Shown: piece after piece, positions 27,009 to 35,658 of the stretch
How positions within the stretch are numbered: the first letter of the stretch is position 1
Layout of the letters: every line of letters starts with the position of its first letter
DNA from: a virus
Taxonomy: Duplodnaviria > Heunggongvirae > Uroviricota > Caudoviricetes
IMG/VR virus record: IMGVR_UViG_2526164668_000026
Direction: 5' to 3' (one strand)
Length of the DNA stretch: 37,200 nt
The notes under the pieces: generated by a model
Seen by the model: the letters and a program-made list of their open reading frames with translations, nothing else
Database searches by the model: none
Told to the model about the DNA's origin: nothing
Translations under genes and position numbers: made by a program

Positions 27009-27034
27009 TTCCTGTAAACCGAGGTTTTAGATAA
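27009..27034. promoter_or_regulatory. Right crossover site of the invertible segment (gix-like)
   Basis: ttcctgtaaacc-ga-ggttttagataa, 12-2-12 dyad, inverted relative to the 23950-23975 site; 55 bp upstream of the invertase start. Confidence 0.75.
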
Positions 27035-27088
27035 TGGCCGTTTCTGACCTGCATGGCATGATTTACGCTTTTGGACGGGAGATTCAGC

Positions 27089-27676
27089 GTGCTGATTGGC
27101 TATGTAAGGGTATCAACAAATGACCAGAATACAGACCTGCAACGAAACGCTCTTGTTTGTGCAGGATGTGAACAAATATTTGAAGATAAATTAAGCGGGA
27201 CAAAGACAGACCGACCGGGATTAAAACGCGCTTTAAAGCGTCTTCAAAAAGGTGACACGCTGGTTGTCTGGAAACTGGATCGCCTCGGGCGAAGCATGAA
27301 ACATCTGATTTCTCTCGTCGGGGAACTACGGGAGCGAGGGATTAATTTTCGCAGTCTGACCGACAGCATAGATACATCTTCTCCAATGGGGCGTTTTTTC
27401 TTCCACGTGATGGGTGCCCTGGCTGAAATGGAACGTGAATTAATTGTTGAACGTACACTGGCCGGACTGGCAGCAGCGCGCGCACGGGGGCGCACAGGCG
27501 GACGTCGCCCGAAGCTGACAAAAGAACAGCATGAGCAAATAGCAAGGCTGATTAAAAACGGTCACGACAGAAAACAACTGGCAATAATTTACGGCATTGG
27601 TACATCGACGATTTATCGTTACCACCCCGCAGGAGAATCAAGCGGAACAATAGAGAAGAGTCAGAAAACAAAATAA
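27089..27676 (+). CDS. Serine DNA invertase (Pin/Gin/Cin/Hin family)
   Basis: Protein from GTG 27089 begins MLIGYVRVSTNDQNTDLQRNAL.. (catalytic Ser in VRVSTNDQ), C-terminal HTH (GIGTSTIYRY); beside the invertible segment. The ORF-track start 27071 is probably too early. Confidence 0.9.
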   Translation: MLIGYVRVSTNDQNTDLQRNALVCAGCEQIFEDKLSGTKTDRPGLKRALKRLQKGDTLVVWKLDRLGRSMKHLISLVGELRERGINFRSLTDSIDTSSPMGRFFFHVMGALAEMERELIVERTLAGLAAARARGRTGGRRPKLTKEQHEQIARLIKNGHDRKQLAIIYGIGTSTIYRYHPAGESSGTIEKSQKTK

Positions 27677-27678
27677 CC

Positions 27679-27706
27679 GCTAATCTGACCATTAGCGGTT
27701 TTTGTG
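27679..27706. terminator. Bidirectional terminator between the convergent invertase and gpU genes
   Basis: Hairpin ccgctaat-ctgacc-attagcgg flanked by T-runs on both strands. Confidence 0.5.
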
Positions 27707-27711
27707 TTAAA

Positions 27712-28206
27712 TCAGAACAGCCCTTTAACTGAACTGGCCGCGCTGTTAAGAGATGATGTCACCTTATCTTTGAAGCCGGACAGCATATCGCTGAACGATG
27801 AGGATTGCAGGCGCTCCCGCAAATCCTCATCACAGCGTTCAAGGGTCAGTGAAAATTCTATCTTTTTCGCCTTACCGTAGCGATCAAACTCGGAACGGGT
27901 CGTATTCGTTCCGGTCAGGACATACATGCCGTAAATCTGCCCGACACCATCAATCAGAGGCCAGGGGCGTCCTGTATATGCCTGCGTGGTCAGCAACGAA
28001 AGCGACACTTCGCCACCTGTAATTTCAGGATAAAGCACACCAGAAAGAACGATGCGATCATCGCCTGCCCCGATATACTGCCAGCTTGCTGAACGGTTAA
28101 CGCGTTCATTTTTCACATGCCGCCAGCTTTTGTTTTGCTGTAACTGCTGATGCGGCAACGTGCGCAGCTCAAAAACAAACATGCCGTAGATCATCATCAT
28201 GGCCAT
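27712..28206 (-). CDS. U: Tail protein U (P2 gpU-like)
   Basis: 164-aa ORF; MAMMMIYGMFVFELRT..VLSGVLYPEITGGEVSL.. matches the gpU pattern; directly downstream of the tape-measure gene. Confidence 0.8.
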   Translation of the reverse strand: MAMMMIYGMFVFELRTLPHQQLQQNKSWRHVKNERVNRSASWQYIGAGDDRIVLSGVLYPEITGGEVSLSLLTTQAYTGRPWPLIDGVGQIYGMYVLTGTNTTRSEFDRYGKAKKIEFSLTLERCDEDLRERLQSSSFSDMLSGFKDKVTSSLNSAASSVKGLF

Positions 28207-28212
28207 GACTCC

Positions 28213-31056
28213 TCAATCTTTATCGTAAAAACTGCCACGCCCGGCACGGGCGCGCCGTTCCATTTCTGCCCTGACCATTTCACCGACCAGTTTCGCCAGT
28301 TCGCGGGGATTCTGCGTAACAACGTTATGCAGATGAACATGAATTTCACCACCAAATCCGGAGGCAACAGGCTCCCGGTTACGGGAAGTTACAGGAACTG
28401 ATGCCACTGGAGATCGTATGGCCTCCGCCACCGGGCGGGAGCTGGCCGCAACAACAGGGACCAGCGCCGGAGGCAGCGGAGCCGGGACCACGGGGGTGAT
28501 ATTAATTGCGGGGGCAGGCTTACTGACCTGCGCAATCTTCCGCTCCTGCCACTCCCCACGAACAGCAAGTGCGCGGGGCAGGTTCTTAAAGACAATATCG
28601 CCGGGGCCAATGCGTTTTTTCGTCTCATCAACCAGCTTACCTGTGTTATCAGCAATTTTGCTGAGTCTGCGCAGCGTACCGGTATTGCTGTCTGTGAGCG
28701 GTTTATTGTCTTTGGGGTTATCACCTCCGGTGCCATTGCCATTTTCCACAGGCTTCGGCGGATTGATTTTCGCCAGGTCCCCCTGAAGCAAGGCAACCTT
28801 GTCCTGAAGAATGGCCGCACGCTGTGCGTCTTCGATTTTCTTGCGCGCCCTTTCCGCTTCATCCGGAAGGACGCCAAGTTTTTCAAGTATCCACGCCAGC
28901 GTATCCAGCAGCATTTTTGCAGGTGTCAGAACAAGCTGTAACGCACCGCCAAGAACGTTACCGAATATCTCGCCAGCACTGGTACATTTATCCAGCGTTT
29001 CCTTGCTGGACTCCATCGGTGACAGCAGCGATTTAAACCAGTTAAACACCTGGCTGATCCCGCTCCCAATTGCGTCAAAAACAGGACCAAACCGTTCAAA
29101 GGTTTCGCGCAACGGGGTCAGCCTTTCCATAATCCCGCTGAACACCCCGGCAAAAAATGCCCTGATGGGATCCCAGTATTTCCAGATAAGAACGGCAGCT
29201 CCGGCAAGCGCAGCCACGATAAGACCAACCGGACTGAACAGCGCCCCGATAGTGCCTCCCAGCAAAGAAACAGAACCCGTCACCATTCCCCACAGCGCAG
29301 GCAACACCCTGATGACATTCATTGACCGGGTAAGAATGTCGAAACCAAGACGCAAGGTGGCCAGCTTCCCGTAAAGCACCCCAATAACCAGCGACAACGA
29401 GCCAATCGTTGCAGTCATTGCCAGCAACGCACCGCCTGCTATCAGTAGCTGGCGCGTCAGTACCGGATGGGCCTGCGCCAGCGAGGTGATTTTTTCAAGC
29501 ACCCGCGTGAGCCACTGCGTGACAGAACGCAGCGGACCGTCAACCAGATCACTGATGCGAATACGAAGACCTTCCCATGCGCTGTCGAGATTTTTCAGGT
29601 CCCCATCAAGATTATCGGCCATTACTTTTGCAACGCGATCGGCCTCTCCCCTTGCCCCCTGCAATTCTCTGGTCAGTTTTTGCAGCTCTCCTGAACCAGC
29701 CGCCGCAACAAGCGTCTGCAAACCAACGAACGCCTCTTCTCCGGCGATGTCCTTGAAGAAGGAGACCTGGTCCACCTGTCCGTATTTTTGTGTCGCCTTA
29801 TAGAGATCAAGCAGCACATCCTCCATCGGGCGCATTTTGCCTCTGGCGTCAGCAACTGACACCCCCAGCTCTTTCAGCGCATCAGCCGCAGCTTTTGGCG
29901 GTGATGCAAGGCGGGACAGACTTGCGCGCATGGCCGTACCAGCATCGCTTCCACGAAGGCCATTATTGGCAAGCATCCCGGCCATGGCCGCCGCTTCTTC
30001 AAGACTGATACCAAGTTTTGCGGCAACCGGACCGGTATACTTCATGGTTTCGCCCAGCGCGCGTAAATCAGTATTGGTCCGGGTGAATGCCGCTGTCAGC
30101 GTATCGCCAACCCGGTCCATTTGATCGGCTGTCAGGTTGAACTGTGTGAGGATATTGGAGCCTATATCCGCCGTCTCGCCGAGTTCGACGCCACCTGCCA
30201 GCGCCATATTAAGAACACCGGGCAATGCGGCCTGAATGGCCTGCGGAGTAAAACCAGCCATTGCCAGAAAGCTCTGCCCACTGGCGGCATCACTCGCAGT
30301 AAACTGTGTTTCAGAGCCAAGTTTTAACGCCTGCTCACGCAGCGCCTTAAACTGCGGGCTGTTTTTGTCGATTCGCGTCAGTGCCTGAACACGGGACATC
30401 TCTTTGCCGAACCCGATCGCAGGCTGCAAAAAACGCCCGGCAGCATAGCCGCCAGCCGCTGCAGCACCAATTGCCAGCGCACCACCTGTTTTCAGTTTTC
30501 CCGCGGTTTCCTGCGCGCGCGAATACCGCTCACGCGCCCGCGTTACACGCGCAAGCGCCTGCCGTTCGCGTTCAAGCTGGTTGTTGTACTGTTCGGTGCG
30601 TCTGATGGCCTGCTGGATGGTGTTATCGCTGCCTGTCAGGGAAATGCCGTGGCGTTTCAGCTCTCCGCCAAGTTCCCGCATTTTCTGAATTTCCCGTGTG
30701 CGCGATTCATTCAGGCGTTCAAGCCGGGTGCTTAACTGCTGCATCAGCTTTTGTTGTTTTTCGCTGAGCACTGTACCCGTGCGTTGTAACTGATTAAGGG
30801 CGTTAAGCTGGCGTCGTGCTTTCACGATACCCGCATCCGCTTTACTGACAGCGTCGCGGGCGAGCTCAAATGAACGCGCCTGACGCTCGAGATTTTTGAT
30901 CGCCCCCTGCGTTCGCTGGATGGAGTCACCAAACTGCCCCATCAGGCGGCGGGCGTTTTCGGCAGGCCGGGTCAGCCTGTCAACGGCGCTGAAAGCGACC
31001 CGGATATCAAGAGTCTTCATTGTCTGCACTCCCGCTGCGAAGTGCCGCCCGCTCAC
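28213..31056 (-). CDS. T: Tail tape measure protein (P2 gpT-like)
   Basis: 947-aa ORF, coiled-coil-rich N-terminal half, Gly/Ala-rich hydrophobic central region; follows E/E'. Confidence 0.85.
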   Translation of the reverse strand: MSGRHFAAGVQTMKTLDIRVAFSAVDRLTRPAENARRLMGQFGDSIQRTQGAIKNLERQARSFELARDAVSKADAGIVKARRQLNALNQLQRTGTVLSEKQQKLMQQLSTRLERLNESRTREIQKMRELGGELKRHGISLTGSDNTIQQAIRRTEQYNNQLERERQALARVTRARERYSRAQETAGKLKTGGALAIGAAAAGGYAAGRFLQPAIGFGKEMSRVQALTRIDKNSPQFKALREQALKLGSETQFTASDAASGQSFLAMAGFTPQAIQAALPGVLNMALAGGVELGETADIGSNILTQFNLTADQMDRVGDTLTAAFTRTNTDLRALGETMKYTGPVAAKLGISLEEAAAMAGMLANNGLRGSDAGTAMRASLSRLASPPKAAADALKELGVSVADARGKMRPMEDVLLDLYKATQKYGQVDQVSFFKDIAGEEAFVGLQTLVAAAGSGELQKLTRELQGARGEADRVAKVMADNLDGDLKNLDSAWEGLRIRISDLVDGPLRSVTQWLTRVLEKITSLAQAHPVLTRQLLIAGGALLAMTATIGSLSLVIGVLYGKLATLRLGFDILTRSMNVIRVLPALWGMVTGSVSLLGGTIGALFSPVGLIVAALAGAAVLIWKYWDPIRAFFAGVFSGIMERLTPLRETFERFGPVFDAIGSGISQVFNWFKSLLSPMESSKETLDKCTSAGEIFGNVLGGALQLVLTPAKMLLDTLAWILEKLGVLPDEAERARKKIEDAQRAAILQDKVALLQGDLAKINPPKPVENGNGTGGDNPKDNKPLTDSNTGTLRRLSKIADNTGKLVDETKKRIGPGDIVFKNLPRALAVRGEWQERKIAQVSKPAPAINITPVVPAPLPPALVPVVAASSRPVAEAIRSPVASVPVTSRNREPVASGFGGEIHVHLHNVVTQNPRELAKLVGEMVRAEMERRARAGRGSFYDKD

Positions 31057-31536
31057 GCCAGCTAACCACTTCGCCGGGCGTCATCATGAAGATTTCGGCG
31101 GGCGACCAGTTAAAAATAACGGCAATATCTGCCACAAAGTCTTCTATGTGCTCAAAGCACACAACCGTGATCAGGCTTCCGTCGCCTGTTCGTTCTTCCC
31201 GCCAGAGTCCGCACCGCTCAAAAAATTTACGGCAACCACACATAACTGAATAAAGTCACAGGATGCCATTTTTTTGATCGTCACTTCATCCAGTCGCGGT
31301 GATGTCACGCGTGACAGCAGCGTAAACATGGATTCCGCTTTCAGATTCAGCACATCAGACAGCGACAAATCTCGCAGAGATCCAGCCTGCTCAATAGCTC
31401 CGGTGATCTCCACATACGTGATTTTTTCGCCGCCTCGCTCAATTGGTTGGGTAAGTTTTACGCCACGCTCACTGGTTTCTTTCACAGTGTCAGCAACGAC
31501 CGTGTTTTCGTTATCGATGTTTTTCGTCTCTTTCAT
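31007..31536 (-). CDS. E: Tail assembly chaperone E and its -1 frameshift extension E+E' (gpE ends at 31171; frameshifted product ends at 31007)
   Basis: gpE ORF 31171..31536 (AGGAG RBS); slippery heptamer T-TTT-TTG in the E frame (plus-strand caaaaaa at 31219-31225); the -1 frame continues ..NFFERCGLWREERTGDG.. to a stop at 31007. Confidence 0.8.
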
Positions 31537-31590
31537 CAGGAAACTCCTTTCAGTCAGAGGCGACGCACTGCGCCGCCTGCATATTACTTA

Positions 31591-32103
31591 TCAGCCAAGC
31601 CCAAGCGCGGAACGGATGCGATCGGGCACAATGTCCTTGCCGTCCTTCCGGTAAATGAAGTTCAGCAGGTCAATCTCCCACAACGGGCGATCGTTAACAC
31701 TCAGCTTGTAGTAGGTGTTTTTAATGGCGTAAGTGTGTGATGTGGCTTCGCCCTGTTTGGCTTCCCCCATATCAATTTCCGTCACACGTCCGCGCATTTC
31801 GACTTCATACAGGTCGCTTTCTGCATCGGTGTAGTATTCACCCGCAAAACGCAGCAGCGTGCCGTCAATCGTGCCGCCATACTTAAGGAACAGCTCACGA
31901 ACTGCGCCCCCCATGACAAAGCTCGCATCAAGCGCGGAGTCGTCCAGACCGAGATCAATACTTACCGCACCCATCATGCCGCCCCCCCGGTAGCTGTCGG
32001 TTTTGCGCGTCAGTTTGGGCAGAGTGACGGACGTCACCTTACCCACTTCGTTTTCACCATCCACAAACAGCGTAAAAAAGCGAAGATGTTTTGGCACAGC
32101 CAT
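31591..32103 (-). CDS. FII: Tail tube protein (P2 gpFII-like)
   Basis: 170-aa ORF; start overlaps the sheath stop. Confidence 0.85.
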   Translation of the reverse strand: MAVPKHLRFFTLFVDGENEVGKVTSVTLPKLTRKTDSYRGGGMMGAVSIDLGLDDSALDASFVMGGAVRELFLKYGGTIDGTLLRFAGEYYTDAESDLYEVEMRGRVTEIDMGEAKQGEATSHTYAIKNTYYKLSVNDRPLWEIDLLNFIYRKDGKDIVPDRIRSALGLG

Positions 32104-33287
32104 CAGGCACCTCCCAGCACCGCAAATGCGGGTTCAAAGTATTCATCAGTAAACGTCTGGTAAAGCTCCATGTCTTCCAGTGGCGGAACGGGCGTATATT
32201 TGTAGCGAATACGCACACGCCCCTGACGTAAATCCGTGGTGCTGTTATCCACCACGTCATACCAGCACTCCGCACCAATCAGTTTCCCGGCAGTAACCAG
32301 TGAATCCAGTTTTGCCCTGATGGCACTGATAACATCCTTCACGTTCGCAGGCGTCAGTGGACTGTCGATGGTTTCAAACTGCGCTTCCGCAATTGAATCA
32401 GCCAGCACCTGTGCGGTTCGGGTATACACCTCAAAGATGTAGGCGTTCGTTTCCGGTGTGCGGTTGCCCCAGAAGCGGAACCCGTTGCGACGAATAATGG
32501 TCGTGATTTCTTTGTTGTTGAGGCTGTTGGCATCGCTGTCTTCGGCCTGCAACGACCAGAACACATGCCTCGACATCCCCAGCACATTTTTAACCGGAAC
32601 GTTGGACAGTGATTTGTGCCACCCCTGCTCATGGTCAATGTACGCACGAAGGCCGCACGCATAGGCAGGCGCGGGGAACGTTTCGTTTTTGCCAGTTTTC
32701 GGGTTGTAGGCGATGAAGTCCGGCCATAAGAGCATCACCTCACGTTCGTTGAATTTCTGGCGGTAGGTAATCGCCTCTGCCATCGTGTTACAGCCGTGAC
32801 ATGAGGCATACACAAACGCGCGCAGTTTACCCGCAATCACGCACAGGGATTTTGTTACCGCCTCCGTGTCCAGCTCCGGCGCGGCCAGAATACGCGGACG
32901 GTATCCGATGCTTTCATCCTGCTCTGCAACAAGCAGCGCATACATCCCCGTATAGCTGCCGTCAGATTCAGAACCACCGATAACCAGTTGATCCTGCGTT
33001 TTTCCGTCTTCTTCTTTGTGTTCAGCCACGCGAACGACGATCACCTTTGTGCTCACCTGGTCTGCGATGGCCTTAAGCGCACGATAAAGCGTCCCCGTTG
33101 TCCCGCATTTTCCCAGCACGTCATTGACGCGGGTCAGCAGTGTGGGCTTGTTCAGCGGGAACAGCTTCGCGTCCGCATCATCCGCCGTTGCCACGATACC
33201 GATAACACTGGAATCAACATCGTTAATCGCTGTTACCAGGTCGGTATTTTCCGTAACACGGGCACCATGAAAACGAGTTTCACTCAT
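32103..33287 (-). CDS. FI: Contractile tail sheath protein (P2 gpFI-like)
   Basis: 394-aa ORF, first gene of the leftward FI-FII-E-T-U block. Confidence 0.85.
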   Translation of the reverse strand: MSETRFHGARVTENTDLVTAINDVDSSVIGIVATADDADAKLFPLNKPTLLTRVNDVLGKCGTTGTLYRALKAIADQVSTKVIVVRVAEHKEEDGKTQDQLVIGGSESDGSYTGMYALLVAEQDESIGYRPRILAAPELDTEAVTKSLCVIAGKLRAFVYASCHGCNTMAEAITYRQKFNEREVMLLWPDFIAYNPKTGKNETFPAPAYACGLRAYIDHEQGWHKSLSNVPVKNVLGMSRHVFWSLQAEDSDANSLNNKEITTIIRRNGFRFWGNRTPETNAYIFEVYTRTAQVLADSIAEAQFETIDSPLTPANVKDVISAIRAKLDSLVTAGKLIGAECWYDVVDNSTTDLRQGRVRIRYKYTPVPPLEDMELYQTFTDEYFEPAFAVLGGA

Positions 33288-33444
33288 AGCTTCAGCCCCT
33301 TGTATCCGTTAAATGATTCGGCAACAATCATCACCCACCACGCGCGTAATCTCACCCCTGCGCCGTTCTCCCGCCACGGCGACAACAAAAAGCAGTAACC
33401 CCCTCCGCACGCACATGCGACCATGCCGCACAGGGAGGGAACAG

Positions 33445-34554
33445 ATGACCGACACCACCATGCAATTGCTCAGTCAGGGCACAGACCCCGTGAAAATGCC
33501 GGATTTTGATATTCTCGCGGAGGGTAAAACGCTGTCAGGCGTGGCAGAGCGCCTGATGAGCCTGTCACTGACCGACAACCGGGGATTTGAAGCGGACCAG
33601 CTCACCATCACGCTGGATGATGCGGATGGTCAGTTGCAGCTACCGCCACGGGGCGCGCGCCTGACGGTTCTCATTGGCTGGAAAGGAGAACCGCTGACAG
33701 AAAAAGGCACTTACATTGTTGATGAAATCGCTCACGAAGGACCGCCGGACAGGCTGACTGTTTCAGCCAGAAGCGCAGATTTCCGGGATGAATTTAACGT
33801 TAAACGTGAGGTGTCCTGGCATGATGTGACCGTTGAGCGTGTGGTATCCGCCATCGCTCATCGGTATGGTCTGAAACCGCAAATCAGCGAAATGCTGATG
33901 GATATCGAAATCGACCACGCCGACCAGACCGAAGAAAGCGACATGTCCTTCCTTACGCGCATGGCGGAAATGCTGGGCGCAATCACCACGGTAAAAAGCG
34001 GTAATCTGTTATTCATCATGCCCGGCGGTGGCGTGAACGCACAGGGCCAGCCGTTGCCATCGTTCGCCATCACACGCAGTAGCGGCGATCGCCATCAGTT
34101 CCGCATTGCTGACCGCGAGGCGTATACGGGGGTACGCGCTTACTGGCTTGATCTTAATTACGGGAAAAAGAAAAAAGTCAGCGTGAAACGCCGCAAACCG
34201 CCACAACCGAAAAAAGAGAAAAGCAGCAGCCGTGAAGGTGATTATATGGAAGGCGCGGAAGGCAATGTGTTTGTGTTACGCAAGACTTATCAGAACGAGC
34301 AGGCAGCAAGACGCGCAGCGGCGGCAAAGTGGCAACAACTACAACGCGGAGCCGCATCATTCTCCATCACGCTGGCACGTGGACGAGCAGAACTCTACCC
34401 CGAAATGCATGGCACGGTAACAGGATTTAAAAGCGAGATTGATAATCAGGACTGGATTATTGCAAAAGCCGAGCACACCATTGATAACAGCGGCTTTACC
34501 ACGCAGCTTGAGCTTGAGGCAAAAATCCCGGAATGGATAGCGGAAACAGAGTGA
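33445..34554 (+). CDS. D: Late control/tail protein D (P2 gpD-like)
   Basis: Start chosen at ATG 33445 (GGGAGGGA RBS; MTDTTMQLLSQG..); the ORF-track start 33313 gives an unlikely N-terminal extension. Confidence 0.8.
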   Translation: MTDTTMQLLSQGTDPVKMPDFDILAEGKTLSGVAERLMSLSLTDNRGFEADQLTITLDDADGQLQLPPRGARLTVLIGWKGEPLTEKGTYIVDEIAHEGPPDRLTVSARSADFRDEFNVKREVSWHDVTVERVVSAIAHRYGLKPQISEMLMDIEIDHADQTEESDMSFLTRMAEMLGAITTVKSGNLLFIMPGGGVNAQGQPLPSFAITRSSGDRHQFRIADREAYTGVRAYWLDLNYGKKKKVSVKRRKPPQPKKEKSSSREGDYMEGAEGNVFVLRKTYQNEQAARRAAAAKWQQLQRGAASFSITLARGRAELYPEMHGTVTGFKSEIDNQDWIIAKAEHTIDNSGFTTQLELEAKIPEWIAETE

Positions 34555-34596
34555 GCAACTTAGAATAGCGGCAGCACCACGTTAAAGGAGGTCGCT

Positions 34597-34857
34597 ATGT
34601 TCCGTTGTCCGCTTTGTGGCGCATCTGCCCGTATCCGCACCAGTCGTCCGGAAAATGATTCAAACACCGTGCGGCAAAAGTATTACCAGTGTAACAACCT
34701 GGAATGCGGCGTATGCTTCTCAACACTGGAAGCTTTCCATAAATTCACATCGAAACACGCCTCCGGCGTTCACTCATCAGAAGGTATCCCGTGGCATGAG
34801 CTGCCAGCTTCACACAGGGGAAACAATCAGATGAGTTTGCCTTTACCTCAGAATTAA
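34597..34857 (+). CDS. ogr: Ogr/Delta-type zinc-finger late transcription activator
   Basis: MFRCPLCGASARIRTSR...YYQCNNLECG gives the C-x2-C...C-x4-C zinc-finger pattern; last phage gene, after D. Confidence 0.8.
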   Translation: MFRCPLCGASARIRTSRPENDSNTVRQKYYQCNNLECGVCFSTLEAFHKFTSKHASGVHSSEGIPWHELPASHRGNNQMSLPLPQN

Positions 34858-35046
34858 CAGGCAGAATTGCCGGAGTAACAAAAAAGCGATAGATTACGTG
34901 CGGGTGCCTTTCGGCTGATGGTCGGAGGGAATACCCGAAGGCCGGATGTGGAAAGGCCCCGGAAAACATTTCTGTTTAACCGAGGCCCTAACCCGTCAAC
35001 CTAGCAAGTGATAGGTTAGCGCCTCTCCAACAAAGGAGCAAGCGCT

Positions 35047-35187
35047 ATGTCGCAAAAATCGCTTACGGCCATCACGTTCTGCGTGACGGTAATCCTCATC
35101 ATCTGGATGCTGCACGGTTCGCTGTGTGAAATACGGATGAGCTTCTGGGGAGCGGAGTTTGCGGCGTTCTTACAGTGTAAGCAGTAA
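35047..35187 (+). CDS. Hok/Gef-family type I toxin (46 aa)
   Basis: MSQKSLTAITFCVTVILIIWMLHGSLCEIRMSFWGAEFAAFLQCKQ: one TM helix then the conserved SLCE..AAF..C motif; AAGGAG RBS; long structured leader upstream; terminator downstream. Confidence 0.7.
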   Translation: MSQKSLTAITFCVTVILIIWMLHGSLCEIRMSFWGAEFAAFLQCKQ

Positions 35188-35275
35188 GGAAACCGCGACG
35201 GGGAGGCAACTCCCCGTCAATCGGTTGCTAGGGTAAGGCCGATAAGGCACCCTATCTCATAGGCATGAATAACAA

Positions 35276-35308
35276 CCCCGCAGCGTAAAAACTGCGGGGT
35301 TTCTTTTT
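35276..35308 (+). terminator. Rho-independent terminator after the hok-like gene
   Basis: ccccgcag-cgtaaaaa-ctgcgggg followed by tttcttttt. Confidence 0.6.
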
Positions 35309-35376
35309 GGAACTCTCACTAGCTAGTGAGCCGTTAACTGCACATAATGCTCGCACAACAAATCAGTTAAAAGAGA

Positions 35377-35658
35377 TTACTCAGCATTCTCCTGCTTCCA
35401 TTGCCGGATCATTTCATCGGTAACATCACTTTCATAACATACCACGTCATACCCTCCAGTACGGCTATATGCACTGCGTCCACCACATCTACTACCATTC
35501 CTTGCATGATTATACGGACACGCACAATTGCCTGGATAAGATTCAATGGATTCTTTAATTATTTCTTTCTTGATCTGAGCATCTGACTTTCCTGTTGCTG
35601 CATACCCACTAAAAGATACCAAACAAAGGCAGATTGCCATTAATAAACCACATCGCAT
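35377..35658 (-). CDS. Hypothetical Cys-rich secreted protein
   Basis: ORF with signal-peptide-like N-terminus (MRCGLLMAICLCLVSFSGYA) and several Cys; start chosen at the internal Met of the longer ORF 35377..35772; weak RBS. Confidence 0.35.
   Translation of the reverse strand: MRCGLLMAICLCLVSFSGYAATGKSDAQIKKEIIKESIESYPGNCACPYNHARNGSRCGGRSAYSRTGGYDVVCYESDVTDEMIRQWKQENAE

Larger units (their letters stand above)
23963..27021. mobile_element. Invertible tail-fibre host-range segment (~3.06 kb)
   Basis: Bounded by inverted crossover sites; contains H C-terminus plus G on plus strand and an alternative fibre C-terminus plus G' on minus strand; invertase gene immediately outside. Confidence 0.8.

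Noticed and set aside
28389-30605. Several 60-190-aa ORFs on both strands inside the tape-measure gene (e.g. 28389..28886, 28811..29374, 29837..30124)
   Set aside because: All nested in or antisense to the 947-aa tape-measure ORF; typical GC-rich alternative-frame artefacts.
27677-33444. Idea that the FI-U inversion was produced recently by the Pin-like invertase acting on secondary gix sites
   Set aside because: No gix-like 12-2-12 dyads at either junction (27677-27711, 33288-33444); the U/invertase junction is an ordinary bidirectional terminator. The inversion is reported as an observation without this mechanism.
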